From contig JAUHYW010000060.1 of NCBI GenBank assembly GCA_030426085.1, positions 1 to 64,000 on the forward strand: 64,000 nucleotides of DNA, written 5' to 3'. The notes below the pieces were generated by a model. The model did no database searches and was not told where the DNA came from. It was given only the letters and a program-made list of their open reading frames with translations. Shown one piece after another: positions 1 through 8,386 of the stretch. Position numbers and translations under genes: made by a program. Source of the DNA: a bacterium (GTDB lineage Bacteria; Myxococcota_A; Bradymonadia; UBA7976; UBA1532). Every line of letters begins with the position of its first letter. The first letter of the stretch is position 1.

Positions 1-54
1 CGCCAGCAGAGCGCCCGCCAGCATCAACCCTCGCCAGACCCTTCGCGCGATCAC
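1..54 (-). CDS. 5' end of a signal-peptide protein running off the left window edge
   Basis: Minus-strand GTG at 54..52 is preceded by GGAGGG with a 6-nt spacer. It translates M/V-IARRVWRGLMLAGALLA, which looks like a signal peptide. The gene continues beyond position 1. Confidence 0.35.
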   Translation of the reverse strand, partial: MIARRVWRGLMLAGALLA

Positions 55-147
55 CGATCGCCCTCCATCATTGGTGACGACCCGCGGCGCGCGGGCCCGT
101 GGGCACTACGACACCCGAGCCGCGCAGCACGTCGCGCCCGATCATCA

Positions 148-199
148 TCCGCCCCAGTCGACAGGGGTCGGGCACGCGTCCGGTCGACAGGTGTCGGGC
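148..199. repeat. 2 x 26-bp direct repeat (gtcgacagg[gt]gtcgggca[ct]g[ct]gtccg)
   Basis: Seen directly in sequence, immediately 5' of the 42-bp array. Confidence 0.6.
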
Positions 200-204
200 A
201 TGTG

Positions 205-840
205 TCCGGCCCCCGACCGCTCGCGGGCCCGAGCTGCACCGGCGGACCCGCGCCCGCGAGGCGCCCGGACGCGAGGTGCACGGGCGGAATCCCGCTCGCG
301 CGCGTCGCGGGCCCGAGCTGCACCGACAGACCCGCGCCCGCGAGGCGCCCGGACGCGAGGTGCACGGGCGGAATCCCGCTCGCGCGCGTCGCGGGCCCGA
401 GCTGCACCGGCAGACCCGCGCCCGCGAGGCGCCCGGGCGCGAAGCGCACGGGCGGACGCCCACCCCCGACCGCTCGCGGGCCCGGGTTGCACGGTGAACC
501 TCACGCTCGCGAGCGTCGCGGGCCCGAGTTGCACGGTGATTCTTCCGCTCGTACGCGTCGCGGGCCCGAGCTGCACGGTGAACCTCACGCTCGCGAGCGT
601 CGCGGGCCCGAGTTGCACGGTGATTCTCCTGCTCGTACGCGTCGCGGGCCCGAGTTGCACGGTGCATCTCCCGCTCGCGAGCGCTCGCAGGCACGGGTTG
701 CACAGTGCATCTCCCGCTCGCGAGCGTCGCGGGCCCGAGTTGCACGGTGCATCTCCCGCTCGCGAGCGTCGCGGGCCCGAGGTGCGCCGTGCATCTCCCG
801 CGCGCGAGCGCTCGCAGGCCCGAGTCTCGCAGTGCACGGC
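205..840. repeat. Intergenic tandem repeat array, period 42 bp (84-bp super-units at 222-470), ~15 units
   Basis: Each unit has a conserved 24-bp core, gtcgcgggcccgag[ct]tgcac[cg]gtg. An 18-bp variable tail follows (aacctcacgctcgcgagc / attcttccgctcgtacgc / catctcccgctcgcgagc) that contains the perfect palindrome cgctcgcgagcg. Translations through it are low-complexity Arg/Ala, so it is judged non-coding. Confidence 0.85.
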
Positions 841-905
841 GCGTCCCCGAGCGCCGCGACGCCTCGATCCGCCGTGCAACAGGCGGCCGCGAGCCACCCG
901 GGCCC

Positions 906-1697
906 TCACCGCTCCCGCTCCCAGGTGACCGTCAGCGCCACCCGCTGCCCCGGCCCGTCGTCCAGCGCCGCCGGCATCCAATCGTAGCTCGCCAGCAGCC
1001 CCAGCCCGGCCCACGCCTTCACGAACAGCTTGCCCCCGACCCCGCCGGCCGTCGGGATCGGCGCCGGGGCGTCCGCCGGCTGGGGGCCATCCCGCCCGTA
1101 GGCCGGCTGCCAGCGCCCGGTCGCCGCCAGCCCCAGCCACGGCGTGACGAACCACCCGCCCTCGACCCGCACGTCCAGCGCGTTGCACACGCAGCCCAGC
1201 CGGGCCCGGTGCAGCAGCTCGACCGCCGCCCAGCCGGCCGCGAAGCCCCGCCCCCAGCCGGCGCCGACCAGCAGATCGAGCCCCCCGGGCCCCGTCGTCG
1301 GCGCGCCCGCCGCTCGCTCGGACACGCTCGGCGTCGAATACGGCGACACCCGCGCGCCGCCCCGCAGGGCCAGGGCGCTCGACCCGTTCACCAGGGCCCA
1401 CTCGGCCATGACCTCCACATCGCCCCAGCCCGTCGCCCGCCGGGTCTGCCCGGCCATCGTCAGCCGGTGATCGACGAAGCGCCCCGACGCGATCAGCTCC
1501 ACGTCGGCCCCGACCCCCACCTCGCCGTACAGCTCCAGCGCCCGCCCCTCGAAGCCGCCGCCCGAGACCTGCTCGGTCCCCTCGAACAGCGACGGCCCGG
1601 CCTGCAACCACACCCCGCCCGCCGGCCGGACCCAGGGCCCGGCGACCGCCGCGAGCGGGCTCAGCAGCGCGATGAGGACGAGACCGGCGCGGGACAT
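906..1697 (-). CDS. Secreted/outer-membrane protein (signal peptide, beta-rich)
   Basis: ORF with N-terminal MSRAGLVLIALLSPLAAVAGP signal peptide and Gly/aromatic-rich beta-strand-like composition. ATG at 1697. Confidence 0.5.
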   Translation of the reverse strand: MSRAGLVLIALLSPLAAVAGPWVRPAGGVWLQAGPSLFEGTEQVSGGGFEGRALELYGEVGVGADVELIASGRFVDHRLTMAGQTRRATGWGDVEVMAEWALVNGSSALALRGGARVSPYSTPSVSERAAGAPTTGPGGLDLLVGAGWGRGFAAGWAAVELLHRARLGCVCNALDVRVEGGWFVTPWLGLAATGRWQPAYGRDGPQPADAPAPIPTAGGVGGKLFVKAWAGLGLLASYDWMPAALDDGPGQRVALTVTWERER

Positions 1698-1736
1698 GGG
1701 GTCGACTCTACCGCAATCCGAGGGGTACCGTGCCCC

Positions 1737-2741
1737 ATGCCCCGGCCCGCTCTACCGCCGCTCGACCGCCGCCGGGCCATCCAGCTCGCCGCGGTGAGCG
1801 TCGGCGCCCTCGCCACCGGCTGCGGCGGCGGATCGTACACCCGGCAGTCGTTCTACCGCCCGACCCCCGACGCGCCGCTGACCCCCACCGAGCAGTTCTA
1901 CGTCTTCCACGGCTTCGGCGAGCCCGACGTGCCCGCCGACTGGACGCTCGGCGTGCGGGGCCTCGTCGACCGGGCGCTGGCGCTGAGCCCGGCCGACCTC
2001 GCCGCGCTGCCCCAGATCACCCGCGAGGTCACGCTCGAGTGCGTCGGCAACTCGCCCCAGGGCGACCTCATCTCGGCCGCCGCCTTCGAAGGCCCCGCCA
2101 TCCGGGACGTGCTCGCCGCCGCCGGGCTCTCCGACCGCGCGCGCGCGGTGCACTGCGTGGGGCTCGACGGCTATGGCACCTGGCTGCCCCGGGCCATCGT
2201 CGACGACGACGTCGCGCTGATCGCGCTGCGCATGAACGGCGAGCCGCTGCCCTATCTGCACGGGGCGCCGGCCCGGGCGCTCTTCCCCGATCGCTATGGC
2301 ATGTTCTCGGTCAAGTGGCTCGACGCGCTCGTCGCCATCCGCCACTACGCCCCCTTCGGCGCGCTGCGCGGGCTCGGCCGCTCGGTCGATGGCGTCAAGG
2401 AGCCCCGCAGCCGCATCGACGCGCCCCGGGGCGCCGTCACCGTCGGCGAGCCGGCCGAGATCCGGGGCCTCGCGGTGACCCCCGGGCTCGGCGTCGAGCG
2501 GGTCGAGGTGCAGGTCGACGGCGCGTGGCATCGGGCAGAGCTGACCTTCAACACCCTCGACGACGATCGGGGCCCCTTCCTGTGGTCGCTGTGGCGTCAC
2601 CGGTGGACCCCGACCCGGGTCGGGGAGCACATCTTGCGGGTGCGGGCGTTCGCCGCCGACGGCACCCCCCAGGCCGATCGGAGCGGGTTCCCCTATGATG
2701 GCGGCGCCGTTCATTCTCTGCGCGTCACTGTCCGCGGCTGA
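1737..2741 (+). CDS. Molybdopterin-dependent oxidoreductase, sulfite oxidase/YedY(MsrP) family, Tat/lipoprotein signal
   Basis: RRRAIQLAAVSVGALATGCGG is a twin-Arg plus lipobox signal. Conserved Mo-ligand cysteine context VTLECVGNSPQG. Sulfite-oxidase-family catalytic-domain fold motifs (GEPLP, HGAPARALFP, KWL) are present. In frame with the longer track ORF 705..2741, but the upstream part is repeat DNA. Confidence 0.8.
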   Translation: MPRPALPPLDRRRAIQLAAVSVGALATGCGGGSYTRQSFYRPTPDAPLTPTEQFYVFHGFGEPDVPADWTLGVRGLVDRALALSPADLAALPQITREVTLECVGNSPQGDLISAAAFEGPAIRDVLAAAGLSDRARAVHCVGLDGYGTWLPRAIVDDDVALIALRMNGEPLPYLHGAPARALFPDRYGMFSVKWLDALVAIRHYAPFGALRGLGRSVDGVKEPRSRIDAPRGAVTVGEPAEIRGLAVTPGLGVERVEVQVDGAWHRAELTFNTLDDDRGPFLWSLWRHRWTPTRVGEHILRVRAFAADGTPQADRSGFPYDGGAVHSLRVTVRG

Positions 2742-3270
2742 GGTCGCGGTCGGCGGCGGCGTCTTCGGGCTGCTGCCGGCGGTGACCCTGCGGGCCGAGG
2801 CCCCGGTGGGCGACGCGGCGATCGCTGTGCGCTACGACACCGCCGCCGGGCTGGTGCACGACGTCGGCCTCGCTGGGCGCGTGACCTGGGGCGACGCCAT
2901 CGACGTCGAGCTCGAGCTGGCCCATGGCTTCCTCGGCCTGGAAGAGATCGCCGGCATCCAGCTCGACGACATCCCGCTGGGCCAGGGGCTGACCACCGCG
3001 CTCAGCGGCCTGTGGCGCACGACCACCGACGGCGGCCACCGGGTGCGCCTCGGCGCCGGCCTGACCGCCCGCTGGACCACCATCCGCACCGACCTCGGGG
3101 TCCAGGAGCGGGCCTTCGATCCGTCGCTGCACCACGCGCACGGCGAGGTCCGGGTCGACTGGCAGGGCGGGATCTTCCTGCGGTTCCGGGCGGTGGTGCC
3201 CATCGAGGCCGAGCTGAAGGTCATCGGCTTCTGGCCCCAGGCGCTCGTGGGGTATTCGTGGGCCCTCTGA
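2695..3270 (+). CDS. Hypothetical protein (beta-rich)
   Basis: ORF overlapping the previous stop, with Gly/aromatic-rich alternating pattern. No recognisable motif. Confidence 0.35.
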   Translation: MMAAPFILCASLSAAEVAVGGGVFGLLPAVTLRAEAPVGDAAIAVRYDTAAGLVHDVGLAGRVTWGDAIDVELELAHGFLGLEEIAGIQLDDIPLGQGLTTALSGLWRTTTDGGHRVRLGAGLTARWTTIRTDLGVQERAFDPSLHHAHGEVRVDWQGGIFLRFRAVVPIEAELKVIGFWPQALVGYSWAL

Positions 3271-3929
3271 TCCTGCTGGCGCTGGCGGCGGCCGACCCGG
3301 CGCCGACCGACGCTCTCGAGGCCACCGGCGGCTTCGCCCTCGTCGGCCTCGCGGTGCCCGGTCTGGCCGCCCTGCCGGTCGTCTCCGGCGATCTGGCGTG
3401 GCATCACCGCATGGCCTCATCCGTCGCATCGTCCGTCGAGCTGGGCCTGCGCTATCGGACCCACCTCGGCGCCGTGCACCGCCTCGGCCCCGAGCTGCGG
3501 GGGGCCCTCGCCGTGGCCGATGGCTGGTCGATCGGCGGAGCGCTCTACCCATCGGCCAGCCTCACCGGCGCGTGGCAGGACGGGGTCGACGCCGGGGGCG
3601 ACGTCGCCACCGGCGCCCTGGCGTCCATCGCATGGCATCATGGCATCCCGAGCCTGTACGGGGCGCCGTCCGAGGCGTGGGATGTCATCGCCCTCTCCGG
3701 CGGCCTGACCGTCGAGTGGCTTTTGTGGGAACACATCGCCGACCGGGCCGCGGTGGACCTCGCGCCGTATCCGGCCTACGTCGACCTCGCCGCCGAGTGG
3801 CGCCACGGCCTGCATCACACCGCGTGGCTCACGACCCGGGCCGAGGTCTCCATCCCGCTCGACGAGGACCCCTACGCCCCGTGGGGGGTCTACCCCCGCC
3901 TGACCTTCGGCGGCGGCTTCGGCTGGTAG
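3258..3929 (+). CDS. Hypothetical outer-membrane beta-barrel-like protein
   Basis: GTG start. Hydrophobic N-terminus VGPLILLALAAA. C-terminus ...RLTFGGGFGW with a terminal aromatic typical of OMPs. Confidence 0.4.
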   Translation: MGPLILLALAAADPAPTDALEATGGFALVGLAVPGLAALPVVSGDLAWHHRMASSVASSVELGLRYRTHLGAVHRLGPELRGALAVADGWSIGGALYPSASLTGAWQDGVDAGGDVATGALASIAWHHGIPSLYGAPSEAWDVIALSGGLTVEWLLWEHIADRAAVDLAPYPAYVDLAAEWRHGLHHTAWLTTRAEVSIPLDEDPYAPWGVYPRLTFGGGFGW

Positions 3930-3935
3930 CCGGCC

Positions 3936-5009
3936 CTACCCTTCGAACCGCGCCAGCAGGTCGATCAGCGCCTCGACCGAGGCCGGCTCGACCGCGTTGT
4001 AGATCGAGGCCCGCAGCCCGCCCACGCTGCGGTGCCCCCGCAGCCCCATCATGCCCGCGTCGGCCGCGGCGGCGAGGAAGGCCGCCTCCTGCGCCTCGCT
4101 CTGCATGCGCCAGGTCACGTTCATGCGCGAGCGGCTGTGCCCGACGGCGTGGCCGGTGCACAGCGGGTGGGCGTCGAGGGCCGCGTACAGCGCGCCCGCC
4201 TTGGCCTCGGCCCGCTTCGCCATGCCCTCGAGCCCGCCGTGGTCCTGCACCCACTTCGCGACCTGGCCCACCGCGAAGATCCCGAACGTGTTCGGGGTGT
4301 TGTACATCGAGCCCTTCTCGGCCTGGGTCTTGTAGCGCAGGATCTTCGGCACCGTCGGCGACCCGCGAAACGTGCGGCTGTAGCGCTTGTCGATGATCAG
4401 CACCGTCACCCCGGCCGGGCCGGCGTTCTTCTGGGCCCCGGCGTAGAGCAGGGCGAACTGCGAGACATCCACCGGGCGCGACATGAAGTCGCTCGACATG
4501 TCGCAGACGAGGGGGGCGTCCGCCTCGGGCACGTAGTGATACTCGGTGCCGTAGATGGTGTTGTTGGCGGTGTAGTGCAGGTAGGTCGCGCCCTCGGGCG
4601 CCTTCGGCTGGGCGTGCTCCTCGGGCACCGCCCGGTAGCCGCCCTCGGCGCTGCTCCAGATGCCCTCGGCGGTGGCGATGATCCGGGCCTCGGCCAGCGC
4701 CTTGCTCGACCACGTCCCGGTGTCGATGTAGGCCCCGCCGGGCCCGAAGTTGTAGGGCACCATCGCGAACTGCAGGCTGGCCCCGCCCTGGAGGAAGAGC
4801 ACCTCATGGCTGTCGGGGATGGCGTACAGGTCGCCGATGCGGGCCCGGCAGTCGTCGGCCACCGCCTCGAAGTCGGCGCTGCGGTGGCTCAGCTCGAGGA
4901 TGCCCGCCCCGGCCCCGCCGTGCTCGAACAGGCTGGCCTGCGCCGCCTCGAGCACCGGCAGCGGCAGGGCCGCCGGACCGGCGTTGAAGTTGTGCCTGCG
5001 CTTCGCCAT
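3936..5009 (-). CDS. serC: Phosphoserine aminotransferase
   Basis: 357 aa, MAKRRHNFNAGPAALP...FLQGGASLQFAMVPYN...KNAGPAGVTVLII. Full-length SerC-like. ATG at 5009. The long track ORF 3936..6155 is this gene plus an antisense read-through. Confidence 0.9.
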   Translation of the reverse strand: MAKRRHNFNAGPAALPLPVLEAAQASLFEHGGAGAGILELSHRSADFEAVADDCRARIGDLYAIPDSHEVLFLQGGASLQFAMVPYNFGPGGAYIDTGTWSSKALAEARIIATAEGIWSSAEGGYRAVPEEHAQPKAPEGATYLHYTANNTIYGTEYHYVPEADAPLVCDMSSDFMSRPVDVSQFALLYAGAQKNAGPAGVTVLIIDKRYSRTFRGSPTVPKILRYKTQAEKGSMYNTPNTFGIFAVGQVAKWVQDHGGLEGMAKRAEAKAGALYAALDAHPLCTGHAVGHSRSRMNVTWRMQSEAQEAAFLAAAADAGMMGLRGHRSVGGLRASIYNAVEPASVEALIDLLARFEG

Positions 5010-5066
5010 GATGCCTCTCCCGTCCGTGGGGCGGGCGCAGAGTACACGACCCCGCAGAGGACTTCG

Positions 5067-6119
5067 ATGGCCGACGAACCGCTCTTCATCCGGGCCTGCC
5101 GCAGCGAGCCGACCGAGCGCACCCCCATCTGGCTGATGCGTCAGGCGGGGCGCTACATGGCCGACTATCGCGCCATCCGGAAGAAGCACGACTTCTGGAC
5201 GGTCTGCCAGACGCCCGAGCTGGCCTGCGAGGTCACCCTCCAGCCGATCGAGGCGTTCGGCTTCGACGCCTCGATCGTGTTCAGCGACCTGCTCATCCCG
5301 CTGCCGCCGATGGGGGCCCCGGTGCGCTTCGCCAAGGGCATGGGGCCGGTCATCGAGAAGCCGGTCGAGACCCCGGCCGACGTCGACGCGCTGCGCCGCA
5401 TCGCCCCCGAAGAGGTGGGCTACGTCGCCGAGGCCATCAAGCTGATCGTGGCCGCGCTGCCGGCCGACGTGCCGCTCATCGGCTTCTCGGGGGCCCCGTT
5501 CACGCTGTCGAGCTACCTCATCGAGGGCGGCGGCTCGAAGCATTACATGAAGACCAAGGCGTTCTTGCACCAGGAGCCGGCGGCGGCTCACAAGCTCTTC
5601 GGGCTGCTCGCCGAGGTCTCGGCCGACATCCTGTGCATGCAGATCGAGGCCGGCTGCCGGGCGGTCCAGATCTTCGACTCGTGGGCCGGCTGCCTCGACC
5701 CGGTCGACTTCGACATCTGGAGCGGGGCCTACATCAAGCAGATGGTCGAGAGCATCCGCGCCCGGCACCCCGAGGTGCCGATCATCGCCTTCCCCAAAGG
5801 CACGGGCACCTACATCGAGAAGGTCGCCGACACCGGGGCCGACGTGGTCGGCGTCGACTGGACGCTGCCGCTCGAAGAGGCCCGCCGCCGGGTGGGGCGG
5901 GGGGTGGCGGTGCAGGGCAACCTCGACCCCGGCCGCCTGCTCGGCCCGTGGGAGACGCTGCGCCCGGCCATCGACCGGGTGCTCGACGGCGCCGGCGATG
6001 GCACCGGGCATGTCTTCAACCTGGGGCATGGCATCTACCAACACACCCCGGTCGACACGGTGAAGCGCCTCGCGGACTATGTGAAGGGCGAGAGTCATCG
6101 CTGGCGCCAGAAGGGCTGA
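5067..6119 (+). CDS. hemE: Uroporphyrinogen decarboxylase
   Basis: 350 aa, PIWLMRQAGRYM...DLLIPLPPMG...FSGAPFTLSSYLIEGG. Canonical HemE motifs. ATG at 5067, divergent from serC. Confidence 0.9.
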   Translation: MADEPLFIRACRSEPTERTPIWLMRQAGRYMADYRAIRKKHDFWTVCQTPELACEVTLQPIEAFGFDASIVFSDLLIPLPPMGAPVRFAKGMGPVIEKPVETPADVDALRRIAPEEVGYVAEAIKLIVAALPADVPLIGFSGAPFTLSSYLIEGGGSKHYMKTKAFLHQEPAAAHKLFGLLAEVSADILCMQIEAGCRAVQIFDSWAGCLDPVDFDIWSGAYIKQMVESIRARHPEVPIIAFPKGTGTYIEKVADTGADVVGVDWTLPLEEARRRVGRGVAVQGNLDPGRLLGPWETLRPAIDRVLDGAGDGTGHVFNLGHGIYQHTPVDTVKRLADYVKGESHRWRQKG

Positions 6120-6126
6120 GGGTCCC

Positions 6127-7518
6127 ATGCGTATCGGAGTCATCGGGGGCGGCATCAGCGGCCTCGCCGCGGCCTATCGCCTGCGCCGGGCGGGGCACGA
6201 CGCGGTCGTGCTCGAGGCCGACGCCCGGGTGGGCGGCAAGATCCGCAGCGAGCGCAGCGACGGCTGGCTCGTCGAGCACGGCCCCAACGGCTTCCTCGAC
6301 AGCCGGCTGGCGATGGTGCGGCTGGCCCGGGACGTGGGGCTGTCGACCCGGCTGCACCCGGCGGACGCCTCGGCCGAGAGGCGCTACCTCTTCGTCGACG
6401 GCGCGCTGAAGGCCATCCCCCAGAGCCCGCCGGCCTTCCTGCGCAGCGACGTGCTGAGCCTCGGCGGCCGGCTGCGCATGCTGCGCGAGCCCCTCATCCC
6501 GCCCCGCAAGGCGTTCGGCGACGAGTCGGTGCACCGCTTCGCCAGCCGGCGGGTGGGGCCCGAGGCGGCCGAGAAGCTCATCGACCCGCTGGTGACCGGC
6601 ATCTACGCCGGCGACGTCGAGCGGCTGAGCCTGCCGGCGGCCTTCCCCCGGCTGCGCGCGCTCGAAGAGCAGCACGGCGGCCTGGTGCGGGGCATGCTGG
6701 CGAAGATGTTCGGCAAGCTGCGGGGCGAGGCCCCGGGCAGCGGCGGCCCCGGGGGGCCGGGGGGGCACCTGACGAGCTTCCCCGACGGCATGGGCGAGGT
6801 CATCGGGGCGCTGGTGGCCTGCATGGACGAGGCGGCGGTGCAGCCGGGGCGGCCGGTGCAGCGCATCGAGCGGGTCGGCGAGGGCCCGGGGCGCTGGCGG
6901 CTGCACGCCCCGGGCGGCGAGCCGCTGGACGTCGACGGGGTCGTGCTGTCGACCCCGGCCCCGGCCGCGGCGAAGCTGCTGGCCGGGCTGGCCCCGGCCG
7001 CGGTCCGCCCGTTGAGTGACATCCCCTATGCCCCGGCGGCGGTGGTGGCCCTCGGCTATCGGGTGATCGACCTGCCCCGCCCGCTGGACGGCTTCGGCTT
7101 CCTCATCCCCAGCCGGGAGGGGCGGGACGTGCTCGGCGTCTTGTGGTCGAGCACGATCTTCCGCGGCCGGGCCCCCGGGGGGCACGCGCTCTTGCGGTGC
7201 GTCGTCGGCGGCCGCCGGCGGCCCGACCTGCTCGCCCTCGACGACGACGCGCTGCTCGGCGCCGTGCGGGCCGATCTGGCGAAGATGCTGGGGGGCAACC
7301 TGCCCCGGCCGGCGTTTCAGCGGCTGGTGCGCTGGCCGCAGGCGATCCCCCAGTACGAGCTGGGTCACCTCGACCGCAAGGCCGCCGTCGAGGCCGCCGT
7401 GGCCCCGCTGCGGGGGGTGGTGCTGGCGAGCAACGCGCTCTACGGGGTGAGCCTCGCCGACTGCGCGGCGCGGGCCGAGGCGATCCCCGACGCGATGGCC
7501 GCGGCCCTGCGGCGGTGA
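6127..7518 (+). CDS. hemY: Protoporphyrinogen oxidase (FAD-dependent, HemY type)
   Basis: N-terminal MRIGVIGGGISGLAAAY FAD dinucleotide-binding fold. 463 aa. Directly downstream of hemE. Confidence 0.85.
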   Translation: MRIGVIGGGISGLAAAYRLRRAGHDAVVLEADARVGGKIRSERSDGWLVEHGPNGFLDSRLAMVRLARDVGLSTRLHPADASAERRYLFVDGALKAIPQSPPAFLRSDVLSLGGRLRMLREPLIPPRKAFGDESVHRFASRRVGPEAAEKLIDPLVTGIYAGDVERLSLPAAFPRLRALEEQHGGLVRGMLAKMFGKLRGEAPGSGGPGGPGGHLTSFPDGMGEVIGALVACMDEAAVQPGRPVQRIERVGEGPGRWRLHAPGGEPLDVDGVVLSTPAPAAAKLLAGLAPAAVRPLSDIPYAPAAVVALGYRVIDLPRPLDGFGFLIPSREGRDVLGVLWSSTIFRGRAPGGHALLRCVVGGRRRPDLLALDDDALLGAVRADLAKMLGGNLPRPAFQRLVRWPQAIPQYELGHLDRKAAVEAAVAPLRGVVLASNALYGVSLADCAARAEAIPDAMAAALRR

Positions 7519-7681
7519 CTCGGGGCCCCGTCCCCCCGCCCGGTCGGCGGCCGGCTCATGACAGCCCGGTGACAACGGGTATCCGGCTGCGCTATTGCCA
7601 GTGGGCGGTGGCCGTGCTACCGAAACGCAAACCTGTCGCCGATCCCGCGGGGTCCGCGGCACGCACGCAAGCCGAGAGGCC

Positions 7682-8281
7682 ATGGCAGTCCACGTCAAGA
7701 TCCTGATCGTCGACGATGACCGGGACATCTGCGAATACATGACCACGATGCTGGAGACCACCGGCTACGAGGTCTCCACGCTGTCCGACCCCACCAAGGC
7801 GGTCGACGCGATCCGCAACGACGAGTTCCACCTGCTCATCGTCGACCTGATGATGCCCCGGATGGACGGCATCGAGCTGATCCAGCACATCCGCAAGGTC
7901 GACAGCGACGTCGCCATCGTGGTCTTCACCGGCTACCCCTCGGTCGAGACGGCGGTCGACGCGCTGAAGCTCAACGTCTCGGACTATGTCAAAAAGCCCT
8001 TCGACATCAACGAGTTCCGCGAGAAGATCGCCCTGATCCTCAAGAAGAAGGGCCTGCTGACCAACCCCGAGGAGGAGCTGCACAAGGCGGTGGGCAAGAC
8101 CATCCGCCGCATCCGCAAGGAGCACGGGCTGACCCTCAAGCAGCTCTCCCGCCGCACCAGCCTCTCGGTCAGCCTGCTCAGCCAGATCGAGCGGGCCGAG
8201 TCCAGCGCGTCGGTCAGCTCGCTGTACAAGATCGCGGTGGCGCTCGGGGTCCGGCTGACGACGCTCTTCGGCGAGTTCTGA
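7682..8281 (+). CDS. Response regulator: receiver domain fused to XRE/Cro-type HTH
   Basis: ILIVDDDRDICEYM...LLIVDLMMPRMDG...VVFTGY is a REC domain with phospho-acceptor Asp. The C-terminus KEHGLTLKQLSRRTSLSVSLLSQIERAESSASVSSLYKIAVALGV is an HTH_XRE. Confidence 0.8.
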   Translation: MAVHVKILIVDDDRDICEYMTTMLETTGYEVSTLSDPTKAVDAIRNDEFHLLIVDLMMPRMDGIELIQHIRKVDSDVAIVVFTGYPSVETAVDALKLNVSDYVKKPFDINEFREKIALILKKKGLLTNPEEELHKAVGKTIRRIRKEHGLTLKQLSRRTSLSVSLLSQIERAESSASVSSLYKIAVALGVRLTTLFGEF

Positions 8282-8290
8282 GCCCGGCGG

Positions 8291-8310
8291 CCGGCGGCGC
8301 CGCCGGCCCA
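8291..8310. promoter_or_regulatory. Perfect GC palindrome (gccggcggcgccgccggc) between the regulator and the MMPL gene
   Basis: Seen in sequence. Possible attenuator/hairpin or protein-binding site. No U-tract follows. Confidence 0.3.
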
Positions 8311-8386
8311 TCCGCCCGGGCATCTTTCCGGCGACGCCGCCGCGCGGTATACCGAGCACACCGGAGTCTGCCGAGCGGAGGCGCGC

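Noticed and set aside
205-840. Possible CRISPR array (regular ~42-bp periodicity with conserved and variable parts)
   Set aside because: The period (42 bp total) is far shorter than repeat+spacer. The variable segments fall into three near-identical families rather than unique spacers. There are no cas genes in the window. The constant part is not a typical CRISPR repeat.
71-1611. Long six-frame ORFs (71..928+, 145..1611-, 202..987+) spanning the repeat array
   Set aside because: Translations are low-complexity Arg/Ala/Pro repeats that simply mirror the DNA repeat. No start or RBS context. Typical spurious ORFs in 70% GC DNA.
3936-6155. 739-aa and 695-aa ORFs covering serC and hemE on opposite strands
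   Set aside because: Each is a real gene (serC 3936..5009; hemE 5067..6119) plus a stop-free antisense read-through of the neighbouring gene. Internal ATGs with proper N-termini (MAKRRHNFNAGP / MADEPLFIRACR) define the true starts.
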